Notes: a model not told the origin generated them from the sequence alone. DNA of 64,000 nucleotides from Rhodosorus marinus CCMP1338 (GCA_029953675.1 JAMWBK010000003.1:62001-126000); one strand, 5' to 3'; counted from the stretch's first letter, positions 1 through 11,600 are shown. Made by a program: numbers and translations.

Positions 1-930
1 CCACGTGACCAAAGCTTTCCACAATGAAAGGCTGGAACCGGTGGGAGCGTCCCTCAGCGCGAGGCAGACTGGCCATACTCTCAGCATACCGTCGTTCTTT
101 CACTCGGCGAAGGGTCGAAGCAGCTGCTCCCCGGCGGCGAGCGGCGGCCGTGAAATGGGCGCTTGCTACAGGGCATGTAATCGCGAGGTCAACATAAACT
201 GAGCGTCTGGCGGCAGCGTCGGAGACAAGGAGATCTGCGATACAGCGCGGCGGTGCCCTATCCGAGAACGATCTGGGTAGTTCCGTATGCCCTACCCGAG
301 TCAAACATTCGCTGAGGATGTACTCGAAGCGAGTGTGACGCCTCGTACGAAGACCTCTCAACAGTCCACTTGAACCTAAGAAATGGTAACCACAAGCATA
401 GATCCGACTCCCACATCCCCGACAGAAAGACGGCCGATTAGAGTGCCACGGAGCTTGTGGCAAACCCAGATAGATCCGTGCAGCAGAGCGGAACTGAAAG
501 GCATCCAGACGGTGACCCAGTGACAAAGGCAACCTGGTTAACCACAAGTGCGACAGGTTGTCTCCCATGCCTCGGAGGCGAGCGGCTGCGGTAGGCGGTG
601 TGAGGGAAGGGTTGAGCAAGATTGCGTGAGCGGCACTGTGTTGGCCTCAGGTGAGGCTATGTTGAATCACATCAGTGCGCGAGCTCCACAATCGGCTCAG
701 ACCTGGGTGATCGGCAACCGGTGACCCGGGGCTGGCTTCCCCCTCGTCGGCAAGCACTCTGTCGATGGGAGAGTCCGCGATCGCCTCAGTTCGTCCCCAT
801 AAGAGTTCCTTCTAGCAGCGAAATCGGGATCGGCTCTCGTCCGGCACGGGGTTGTACTTACTGAACGCCTGTTGCAGAGCATCATAGATGCTCGTCCGCT
901 TTGGCTGCCATCCACGAGCCCCAATGTGGT
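1..930 (-). mobile_element. CRE-like non-LTR retrotransposon family 1 (subfamily 1B), rearranged fragment running off the window start
   Basis: High nucleotide similarity to 2560-3490 (endonuclease and CCHC region). At about 894-930 a piece from the RT thumb region is joined on. Confidence 0.85.
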
Positions 931-971
931 GGAAGGCTTACGCCGTTTAAGTGTCTCTCTGTGGCGATATT

Positions 972-1038
972 CTGGGCTGTACTGGGCTTTACTGGCTTTA
1001 CTGGCTTTACTGGGCTTTACTGGACTGGACTTTACTAG
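972..1038. repeat. Degenerate 9-10 bp tandem tract CTGG(G/A)CTTTA at the 3' terminus of a family 1 element
   Basis: Read directly: CTGGGCTGTA CTGGGCTTTA CTGGCTTTA CTGGCTTTA CTGGGCTTTA CTGGA CTGGACTTTA CTAG. Confidence 0.95.
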
Positions 1039-2357
1039 CATAGCCTGAAGCGCTACGCAAGGCGTGAAGATGAACTAATAACTAGGGAGGGAAGTATGCA
1101 ACCCCAGGCGCCGATGGCGCCTCGGAAAGCATGTCGCTGGAATATCGCCAAAGGGAGACACTTAAACGCCTCAAGAGCGCCAAATATTCAGAAGGATGCT
1201 CAGCAAAACATTTCCGCAACCACTCTAAACCCGACTTATCGACGTGACCAAAGCTTTCCACAATGAATGGCTGGAACCGGTGAGAGCGACCCTCAGCGCA
1301 AGGCAGACTGGCCATGCTCTCAGCATACCGTCGTTCCTTAACTCTTCGAAGGGCTGAAGCCGCGGCCCCCCGGCGGCGGGCGGCTGCGGTGAGGTGGGCG
1401 CTGGCCACGGGGCAGGTAATCGCAAGGTCCACATATGTTGAGCGTCTGGCAGCAGCGTCGGAGACGAGGAGATCGGCTATACAACGGGGCGGTGCAGAGT
1501 CCGAGATTGATCTGGGCAGTTCCGACTCAACCTCAACCGTATGCCCTATCCGAGTCAAATATTCGCTGAGGATGTACTTGAGGCGAGTGTGACGCCTCGT
1601 ACGGAGACCTCGCAACAGTCCGCAGGAACCCAGGAAGTGGTAGCCACAAGCGTCAATCCGGCTCTCACATCCCTGACAGAAAGACGGCCGATTAGAGTGC
1701 CACGGAGCCTGTGGCAAACCGAGATAGATCCGTGCGGCAGAACGGAACTGGAAAGCATCGAGACGATGACTCAATGACGACGGTAGAGTGGTTAACCACA
1801 AGTGCGAGAGGTGGCCTCCCATGCCGCGGAGACGAGCGGCAGTGGTAGGCGGCGTGAGAGGAGAATTGAGCATGACTGTGTGAGCGGCACTGTGTTGGCC
1901 CCAGGTGAGGCTATGTTGAATCACATCAGTGCGGGAGCTCCACAATCGGCTCAAACCCGGGTAGTCTGCAACAGGTGACCCGGGGCTAGCCTCTCCGTCA
2001 TCGGCAAGAACTCGGTCGAGGGGAGAATCCTCAATCGCTTCAGCTCGTCCCCATAACAGCTCCCTCCAGGAACTAAAGCGGGACCGATTTGCGTCCGGCA
2101 CGGCGTTGTACCTCCTGAACGCGTGTTGAAGACCATCATAAATTGTCAAAAGCGGGGGCGGCAGGGTCACTGGATCCTCGTTGGTCAAAGCTCGAGCCAA
2201 GAGGAAGGCACTTCGCATCTGGAAGGTCACCAACGTTCGCAGCGCGGTAGCCCAGGAGGCAACCGCCGCTGGCGAGCATACCAGCCCACGGTCTGCGACG
2301 CCGAATCCCCCTAATCGCAACGGTAGAGCGATCTGTGCACGGATAAAGTCCCTGTCG
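1025..2357 (-). mobile_element. Family 1A retrotransposon, 5'-truncated copy A
   Basis: Near-identical to 8626-9956. It stops at ...CCTGTCG (2357), where the 3' end of copy B begins. Confidence 0.9.
1082..2320 (-). pseudogene. ORF2 C-terminal part (RT thumb, CCHC knuckle, RLE endonuclease), truncated
   Basis: LGGFGVAD; CQGCESRIDACGYHFLGSC; RHTRLK...IADLLV...VDLAITCP...KERRY...FQPFIVESFG. A 2-nt deletion near the C-terminus alters the last residues. Confidence 0.85.
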
Positions 2358-2402
2358 CTTTACTAGCATAGCCTGAAACGCTACGCAAACCGTGAAAAAG
2401 AA

Positions 2403-5400
2403 CTAAGAACTAGGTAGGGAAGCGTGCAAATCCAGGCGCCAATGGCGCGCCTCGGCAAGCATGCTGCTCGAATATCGCCACAGAGAGACACTTAAACGTC
2501 GCAAAAGTACCAAGTATTCAACAGGATCCTCAGTGAAACATTTCCGCAACCACTCTAAACCCGACTTCTCCACGTGAGCAAAGCTTTCCACAATGAAAGG
2601 CTGGAACCGGTGGGAGCGACCCTCAGCGCGAGGCAGACTGGCCATACTCTCAGCATACCGTCGTTCTTTCACTCGGCGAAGGGCCGAAGCAGCTGCTCCC
2701 CGGCGGCGAACGGCGGCCGTGAGATGGGCGCTTGCCATAGGGCATGTAATCGCGAGGTCAACATTAACTGAGCGTCTGGCGGCAGCATCGGAGACAAGGA
2801 GATCTGCGATACAGCGCGGCGGTGCCCTATCCGAGAACGATCTGGGTAGTTCCGATTCCACCTCAACCGTATGCCCTACCCGAGTCAAACATTCGCTGAG
2901 GATGTGCTTGAAGCGAGTGTGACGCCTCGTACGAAGACCTCTCAACAGCCCGCATGAACCTAAGAAATGGTAACCACAAGCATCGATCCGACTCTCACAT
3001 CCCTGACAGAAGGACGGCCGATTAGAGTGCCACGGGGCTTGTGGCAAACCCAGGTAAATCCGTGGGGCGGTGCGAAACTGGAACGCATCCAGACGGTGAC
3101 CCAGTGAACCCAGTGATGACGGCAGGGTCGTTAACCACAAATGTGATAGATGGCCTCCCATGCCGCGAAGGCGAGCGGCGGTGGTAGGCGGTGTGAGGGG
3201 AGAGTTGAGCAAGACTGCGTGAGCGGCCCTGTGTTGGCCCCAGGTGAGGCTATGTTGAATCACATCAGTGCGCGAGCTCCAAAATCGGCTCAGACCCGGG
3301 TAATCGGCAACCGGTGAACCGGGGCTAGCTTCCCCCTCGTCGGCGAGTACTCTGTCGATGGGAGAGTCCTCGATCGCCTCAGTTCGTCCCCATAACAGCT
3401 CCTTCCAGGAGCGAAATATGGATCGGCTCTCGTCCGGCACGGCTTTGCACTTACTGAACGCCTGTTGCAGAGCATCATAGATACTCAAAAGCGGTGGCGG
3501 AAGGGTCACGGGCTCTTCGTTGGTCAGTGCTCTGGCCAAAAGACAGGCACTCCGCATCCGAAGAGTCACCAGGGTACGGAGCGCGGTAGCCCAGGAGGCG
3601 ACCGCCGCAGGCGAGCTGACGAGGCCCGATCTGCGACGCCAAACCCCCATAATCGCAATGGGAGAGCGAGCTTGGCACGAATGAGGTCCCTGTCCGGAGC
3701 AGCTTCAAGATCGAGGGGTTCATCCACTAGCGTGCCCCAGTGGTGCAGCGTCGTCTCGTCGGCCTTGGCGGCGATCCATGAACCCCAGGCGGGGGGTAGG
3801 CTACGCAACCAGTAGTTGAGTCGGGGACCGGCGCAAAAGCGGGAAAGCAAGCAGGCCGATTGCAGCATGCTGTCTGGAAGGCGTTCAATGGCGTCAGTGA
3901 GCCGCTTGTGCCGAGCCAAAACGCGTTCGCAAGAGGATTGGACGAAGGTCTTGCTCCCTAAACCGACGCCGTGGTGCTCGAACCCTTCACAGTCGCCAAT
4001 AATTCGTAGATTAGATGGCATAGAGGCCATCGAAGCTTCACTCGGAGCGAGAAAACGACACTTTTCTGGTTCCACCGTCAGACCTACTCCACATCCAATT
4101 GCTTCGATCTGGGTCAACCCCCGAGCTAGGTTTTCAGGGTCGCCCAGCAAAGTCACGTCGTCGTGATAGGCGTAGATACGAAGAGCCGGCACCTCATTCG
4201 CGATACGCCGGAGAACGAGCTGCAGGGCACAGGCATGAATTAGAGGCCCGCATGGATCGCCTTGTTGGACTCCAGTATGTGCTTCGAAAATAGTGCCCTC
4301 TCTGGTCCAGTAGGGGAGGCTCCCCCTTCCGTAAAGACCAGAGAGAAATGGCCACGCCTCCGGAAAAACCCGTCGGATCACCTCCAACGCATGCGTCCGC
4401 GAGATGCTGTTGAATGCGTTCCGAAAATCAACCACCAAAACTCCCCACTCCGGCCTACAGGCACGCTCCAGCTCGATCCCATGGGTGATCAATTCGCAAC
4501 CACCGGAAAATCCCACCCCCACTTGCAAGGGCGCCATAAAAGCTGTGACCCGCTGGCGAAGGCGCTGGCACGGCCACCTTCCGGCCAACTTCCGTAGGCT
4601 CTCGACCATACCGATCGGGCCGGAGACGCGTGGGGGCCGGCTGATGGTCAGGCTTCGTGAGCAGGCAAAGCTGTGCCCGGCGGAGGTGTTCCCAGGGAGC
4701 AGACGCACCCGACGTGCCCTGGAACAGTTTGTTCAGAATCTTGAGCAGCGCGCTCTGGCCATCTTTGCCCAAGGCCTGCAATAGTTCGGTGCGGAGCCCT
4801 GAGGGTCTAGGGCAGCGTCCACACAGCGAGGTACGAAGCAACTCCTCTAGGTCAGACTCGTTGAGTGTAAGGTCGATTTGAAACCGGGCCAACTCCGGAC
4901 GGTCCAAGAATGCCTCAAACTCGGGTAGCAAGTCCAAGTCGGACGAGGGGAACAGAGACGACACCGTCGGGGCAAGACTTTCTTCGTAGGGGAGGACAGG
5001 CGCCTGGCCCTCCAGGACCCGTGCCGCTCGACTCAAGTTGCCCACTGCTACCAATTTCTGTACTCGAGCCGTCAGGGGCAGGACGTTTCCAGCCCGAGTC
5101 GGACGAACGGATGGGTCCAACGACGCCAAGTAGCTTTGCTGCAACACCTCGAACTCCCTTTTCAGGAACATCGCCAGCCGATCTCGGACACGCCATCTGC
5201 GCTCCCGCGTGTGTGTTGGGGCCAGAAGCAGGCGCGACATGACCCCCAGAAATTCCCAGATGACGGTGTCCCGGGAGGTTACGTGCCAGGCTCGTGAAAA
5301 TGAAGTCCAGGATAGTCCCAGAGCGAGGTAAGACGACAGACGGAATTCTGCCACGCAGGGGAAGCAAGCCTCCTTCCAAAGACATCCAACGCCGAAGCCA

Positions 5401-5469
5401 ACTTCGTAAACGCGTACGCCAAATACCCCAGTCTCCGCGCTCCTTCACGACATAGGACTGCAAATCCAT
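2403..5469 (-). pseudogene. ORF2 RT-RLE of copy B, frameshifted
   Basis: Split over ORF-track frames 4915..5469, 4455..5354, 3566..4708 and 2403..3650. Contains LRPIG, VDFRNAFNS, GVQQGDPCGP and AYHDD. Confidence 0.9.
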
Positions 5470-5500
5470 CGGCTGCGATCTCGCAGCCGTGCCCGGGGAG

Positions 5501-6875
5501 CTAATCGTGCTTCTCCCCCTTAGACCCGGGGGGAGTCGGTTCTCGCACGTTTTCCGCCTAACCTCACCAAAGTGGTAAGGCGCCCACTCCGCGAGGCTCG
5601 CGGGATAGCTCCCGCGGGCTTCAGCAAAGTAGTAGGGGTGTCCTCCACCGACATGCCCTCACTCTGCTCCCCTTCCTCACCACTCTCACTGGAAGTGGTG
5701 TTGGAAGCAGAGCCCTCTAATACCCCTAACCTCTGTAACTCCCGCCTGTGACTCGACGTCAACACAAGGCACCTCTCCCGGTCGAAAAGGGTAGAGACGG
5801 CGGCACGCAGGTGGCGTGGCCCCGACGCGAAGCGCTCCAAACGGATGAGCTCAATGCGGTGAAGGCGTAGCCAATGGATGGCTGCGGCTTTCACGCTGGC
5901 TTCGCGCTGAGAGAGTCTTGCCATTTCTCCGGGAGACAGGAAGGTGCCCGAGAAACGGTCAAAATCAAAGTGCAGAACGACCTGGGGATGAGACCGCAAC
6001 CAGCGGGCACTCTCAGGCCATTGCTCGGTAGGCTTGGCCAGTAGGGCCTGTAGGTACGTGGCCGCTGTTGTAGTTACCACGAAAAGGACATCCCGGCCCT
6101 CGTAGTTTGCAAAGATGAAGTCGTTGCGGCTACACCCCAAAGACTATGCAAATGTATTCCGAAAATCGCGCATGGACGGGACCTGGCCCCGTGTAGTCTG
6201 GGGCCGGACGTTGCGCACCCAGAGGAATTGCAAAGTAGGCGCTTCAGGTCCGCCCTGCTGCTCGCGAGAGGGCAAAAATCTTAGCATAGCCGCCGTCCTT
6301 GCGCCTGTGGTACCCTTCCGCAAAGCTGAGACGTAAGACGGGCCCCCCTTGGGACCACCTCGTGCCCCCGCCTTGGCCTGGAGCTGTCGCCCACCTGAGG
6401 GCTGGCCCAGGACGGGAAATTCCGCTCCTGCTGAGGGAACATTCGAAGGAGTAGAGATAGCCACACCCCTCTCCAAAGAGGCGCCAGCAGAGGGACCACG
6501 AACAGCGGGCTCGGCAGCCCGCGCCTGTTCTGAGGCAGTCGCAGAATGACTGACCCCTTGATTTTGACTGCCTAAGGGCCGCGTAGGCAACGTGGCCACC
6601 GTGTTCGATTTTAGAGCATGCGCCAGGAGGCTGGATTCCAGCAAACCAAGCCGTTGAGTCAGCTGCGGCAGGACGCGCTTGTCCCCCGCGGCGGTGATTA
6701 GGCTGATTACGGCTGACATCAGAGCTCGTACTTCCGTACCAGTTGCGCCCTGCAGCTCCACCTGCGTAGAGAACTGGCCCGAACTTAGACACACCCGGTG
6801 CCCGACCCCCAAGGATACCTCGTTGCCTGGGAGCTCCGCTCCCGAGGGAGCAGGGCGCGGGGAAACCCCTACCAT
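5501..6875 (-). pseudogene. ORF1 of copy B with an in-frame TAG at 6144-6146
   Basis: Homologous to ORF1 at 11776..13185. TFA*SLG here versus TFAESLG in copy D. One extra G near 5530 alters the C-terminus. Confidence 0.8.
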
Positions 6876-7137
6876 CACCAAAGAATGGAGTGACGATACT
6901 GTTACCACCAATTCCCCCTCCGAAAACACGCACCAGCCAACTCCACAGGAGAAAATTCCCCGTCACGACCCGACAGCCAGAACGCGAATGACCCGACTAC
7001 CAACCACGAAACCCGATAAAACGGGGGAAAAGGCAGCAGAGAGAAGCGCCTCCCACCGAAGAAACCACTTGCTACGCAAAACCACCGAAACCTAGAACCA
7101 GACACCCTCCAACAACTACACAAGCTTTCCTTGGCTT

Positions 7138-7840
7138 TACTGGGTCACCGTCTGGATGATTTCCAGTTTCGCTCCGCTGCACGGATTTTACCTGGATTTC
7201 CCACAAGCTCCGTGGCACTCTAATTGACCGTCTTTCTGTCAGGAGTGTGAGAGTCGGATCGATGCTTGTGGTTACCGTTTCTTAGGTTCATGTGGACTGT
7301 TGATAGGTCTTCGTACGAGACGTTACAGCTTCAAGTACATCCTCAGCGAAAGTCTGACTCGGGTGGGGCATACGGTTGAGGCGGAATCGGAACTACCAAG
7401 ATCGGTCTCGGATAAGGCACCGCCCCGCTGTATCGCAGGTCTCCTCGTCTCCGATGCTGCCGCCAGACGCTCAGCATATGTTGACCTCGCGATTACATGC
7501 CCTGTGGGAAGCGCTCATCTTATGGCTGCCGCCCGCCGCCGGGGAGCAGCTGCTTTGGCCATTCGCCGAGTGAAAGAACGACTGAGAGTATGGCCAGTCT
7601 GCCTCGCGCTGATGTCGCTCCCACCGGTGCCAGCCTTCCATTGTGGAAAGCTTTGGTCACGTGGAGAAGTCAGATTTGGAGTGGTTGCGGAAACGTTTCA
7701 CTGAGCATGCTGGTGAATACTTTGGCGATATTCCAGCGACATGCTTTCCGAGGCGCGCCATCGGCGCCTGGGGTTGCATGCTTCCCTCCCTAGTTATTAG
7801 TTCATCTTCACGCCTTGCGCAGCGCTTCAGGCTATGCTAG
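7138..7840 (+). mobile_element. Family 1 5'-truncated copy C, opposite orientation, frameshifted
   Basis: CCHC and RLE region, then a 1A-type 3'UTR ending GCTATGCTAGTAAAGTCCAG. Confidence 0.85.
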
Positions 7841-8576
7841 TAAAGTCCAGTTGAATACTTGGAACTTCCCTACCTAGTTCGTAGCGCTTTAGTCTATGCT
7901 AATGAGGATCTGAAAGATCAAACCGGGAATTGCGCGGAGCAACAGAATGAGATTCGCCGTACTTTAATGGCTAGAAAACCGATGTAGCAGGAGAGAACTT
8001 CAAAAGTCTCCAGGATTTTTGATAGATGAGGCTGGACAAGGTTGATCCACTTACTAGTGGATAGAGGGTACGCACGCAATTCCATAGCGCAATTCCACTG
8101 GAGCAGGCTAAGGATGAAATCTGCTCCATCGTTAATCATCTGAGGGTCCATCTGACCGAGCAGATCCGTCAATGAAGATCTGGCCGAGTAACTAAAGGAT
8201 TCTCGAGACGATCAGTCTTGCACTTCGTAGAACCATACTCTGATAGAGCGGACTGGAGAGAGACTGGTAACTAGACGAAATATAGGGTCCTTCAGCGACA
8301 TCCTTCAAACCAGACAAAAAAACTACCTTTGCTTAGCTATACGTCCCGGATATGCCCGGCCAAAGTCCATAGCTGGGCGATCCGGCTCTATTGATTAAGA
8401 CGAACGGTGTTTTCGCTTCACGCCCGTCGATGAGGTACTCGTACCAATCGCTTGAACATCTTTCCAGTGTCTTTGGATTGTTGACCCTGTGTCCACTCTG
8501 CTCTGGCCCTAACTTTGGCAGTATGCCAAGTTCTTTCGGCACTGCTCGAGTGCCACATGGCACTAATCCCTTTCAT

Positions 8577-8635
8577 CTGGACTTTACTGGACTTTACTAC
8601 GCTACGCAACTAGCATAGCCTGAAGACTTTACTAG
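8577..8635. repeat. Tail repeats (CTGGACTTTA x2) plus stacked tiny 3'-end fragments
   Basis: CTGGACTTTA CTGGACTTTA CTAC GCTACGCAAC TAGCATAGCCTGAAG ACTTTACTAG. Confidence 0.85.
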
Positions 8636-8671
8636 CATAGCCTGAAGCGCTACGCAAGGCGTGAAGATGAA

Positions 8672-11600
8672 CTAATAACTAGGGAGGGAAGCATGCAACC
8701 CCAGGCGCCGATGGCGCGCCTCGGAAAGCATGTCGCTGGAATATCGCCAAAGGGAGACACTTAAACGCCTCAAGAGCGCCAAATATTCAGAAGGATGCTC
8801 AGCAAAACATTTCCGCAACCACTCTAAACCCGACTTATCGACGTGACCAAAGCTTTCCACAATGAATGGCTGGAACCGGTGAGAGCGACCCTCAGCGCAA
8901 GGCAGACTGGCCATGCTCTCAGCATACCGTCGTTCCTTAACTCTTCGAAGGGCTGAAGCCGCGGCCCCCCGGCGGCGGGCGGCTGCGGTGAGGTGGGCGC
9001 TGGCCACGGGGCAGGTAATCGCAAGGTCCACAGATGTTGAGCGTCTGGCAGCAGCGTCGGAGACGAGGAGATCGGCTATACAACGGGACGGTGCAGAGTC
9101 CGAGATTGATCTGGGCAGTTCCGACTCAACCTCAACCGTATGCCCTATCCGAGTCAAATATTCGCTGAGGATGTACTTGAGGCGAGTGTGACGCCTCGTA
9201 CGGAGACCTCGCAACAGTCCGCAGGAACCCAGGAAGTGGTAGCCACAAGCGTCAATCCGGCTCTCACATCCCTGACAGAAAGACGGCCGATTAGAGTGCC
9301 ACGCAGCCTGTGGCAAACCGAGATAGATCCGTGCGGCAGAACGGAACTGGAAAGCATCGAGACGATGACTCAATGACGACGGTAGAGTGGTTAACCACAA
9401 GTGCGAGAGGTGGCCTCCCATGCCGCGGAGACGAGCGGCAGTGGTAGGCGGCGTGAGAGGAGAATTGAGCATGACTGTGTGAGCGGCACTGTGTTGGCCC
9501 CAGGTGAGGCTATGTTGAATCACATCAGCGCGGGAGCTCCACAATCGGCTCAAACCCGGGTAGTCTGCAACAGGTGACCCGGGGCTAGCCTCTCCGTCAT
9601 CGGCAAGAACTCGGTCGAGGGGACAATCCTCAATCGCTTCAGCTCGTCCCCATAACAGCTCCCTCCAGGAACGAAAGCGGGACCGATTTGCGTCCGGCAC
9701 GGCGTTGCACCTCCTGAACGCGTGTTGAAGACCATCATAAATTGTCAAAAGCGGGGGCGGCAGGGTCACTGGATCCTCGTTGGTCAAAGCTCGAGCCAAG
9801 AGGCAGGCACTTCGCATCTGGAAGGTCACCAACGTTCGCAGCGCGGTAGCCCAGGAGGCAACCGCCGCTGGCGAGCATACCAGCCCACGGTCTGCGACGC
9901 CGAATCCCCCTAATCGCAACGGTAGAGCGATCTGTGCACGAATAAAGTCCCTGTCGGGAGCAGCTTCAAGATCGAGGGGCTCATCCAAGAGCGTTCCCCA
10001 GTGTTGCAGGGTCATTTCGTCGGCTTTAGCCGCGATCCACGAGCCCCAAGCTGGAGGCAGGCTGCGCAACCAGTAGTTGAGTCTGGGACCGGCACAAAAG
10101 CGGGAAAGCAAGCAGGCCGATTGCAGCATGCTGTCGGGTAGGTGCTCAATGGCGTCGGTGAGTTGCTTGTGCCGTGCCAAAACTCGCTCGCAGGATGCTT
10201 GGACAAAGTTGTCAGTCCCCAATCCGACGCCGTGGTGTTCGAACCCTTCACGTTCGCTGATTAGTCGCAGAGTGGGTGGCAGAGAGTTCAGCGACACGTC
10301 CCTCGCGGGGAGAAAGCGACATTTTTCTGTTTCCACAGTCAAACCGACGCGACGTGCAATCGCTTCGATCGCGGTCAGTCCCCTAGCCAGGGTGTCAGGG
10401 GTGCCCAGCAATGTTACGTCATCGTGGTACGCGCAGATTCGAAGATCCGAGACCTCAGTCGAAAGACGTAAAAGTACGAGCTGTAGGGCACAGGCATGAA
10501 GAAGAGGTCCGCAAGGGTCGCCTTGTTGGACGCCAGTATGTGCTTGAAAAACAGTGCCCTCCGTTGTCAAGTAGGGGAGGCTCTCCCCTCCGTAAATACC
10601 CGATAGAAGCGGCCACGCCTCCGGAAACACACGTCGGAGCACCTCTAGCGCATGCGTCCGCGACACGCTGTTGAATGCGTTCCGGAAATCAACCACCAAG
10701 ACTCCCCACTCCGGCCTACTGGCGCGTTCTAGCTCGATCCCATGGGTGATCAGTTCGCAACCCCCCAGAAAATCCCACCCCTACTTGCAAGGGCGCCATA
10801 AAAGCTGTGACGCGCTGGCGAAGGCGCTGGCATAGCCACCTCCCGGCTAACTTCCGTAGGCTCTCCACCATCCCGATCGGCCGGAGACGCGGGTGGGCCG
10901 GCTGCTGGTCAGGTTTCGTGAGCAAGCAAAGCTGTGCCTGCCGGAGATGTTCCCATGGCGCGGACGCACCCGATACGCCCTGGAACAACTTGTTAAGGAT
11001 CCTCAGAAGCGCGCTCTTGCCAGGCTGGCTCAGGGCCTGCAATAGCTCTGTTCTTAGTCCGGAGGGTCCGGGACAGCATCCCCGACGCGAGGTACGAAGC
11101 AAATCCTCCAGGTCAGACTCACTGAGCGTCAGATCGATGCGAAACCTGGCCAACTCCGGACGGTCCAAGAATACCTCGAATTCAGGGGACAAATCCACGT
11201 CGGACTCAGGGAACAAAGACGACACCGTCTGGGCGAGACTATCATCGTAGGGGAGGACAGGCGCCTGGCCCTCCAAAACCCGCGCCGCTCGACTTAAATC
11301 GCCCACTGCTACCAATTTCTGTACTCGAGCTGGCACGGGCGACACTGTGCCATGCCGGGTCCGACGGGCGGATGGTGCTGACGACGCCAAATAGCTGCGC
11401 TGTAGGACTTCAAAGTCTCCCTTCAAGAACAGGGCCAGTCGGTCTCGTACTCGCCATCTGCGCTCCGATGTGTGAATGGGGGCCAGAATCAGGCGCGGCA
11501 TGACCCCCAGAAAAACCCAAATGACTGTGTCCCGAATGTTGCGAGCCCGGCTCGTGAAGATGAAATCGAGAATGGTTCCAGCTACTAGAAGGTCTCCACG

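Larger units (their letters stand above)
2358..7120 (-). mobile_element. Family 1B retrotransposon, near full-length copy B (ORF1 + ORF2, several disruptions)
   Basis: Colinear with copy D: 5'UTR, ORF1 starting MVGVSP, ORF2 starting MDLQSY, RT, RLE, and a 3'UTR ending GCTATGCTAGTAAAG. The 5' end is approximate. Confidence 0.9.

Noticed and set aside
972-1038. CRISPR-like or spacer-containing array
   Set aside because: Units abut with no unique spacers, and the context is eukaryotic. The same applies to the 97 bp array at 22163.
7918-8570. RNase H-like IFIDGSA motif or hAT-like peptide on the minus strand
   Set aside because: Isolated motif in a frame with several stops; no downstream RNase H acidic residues could be aligned.
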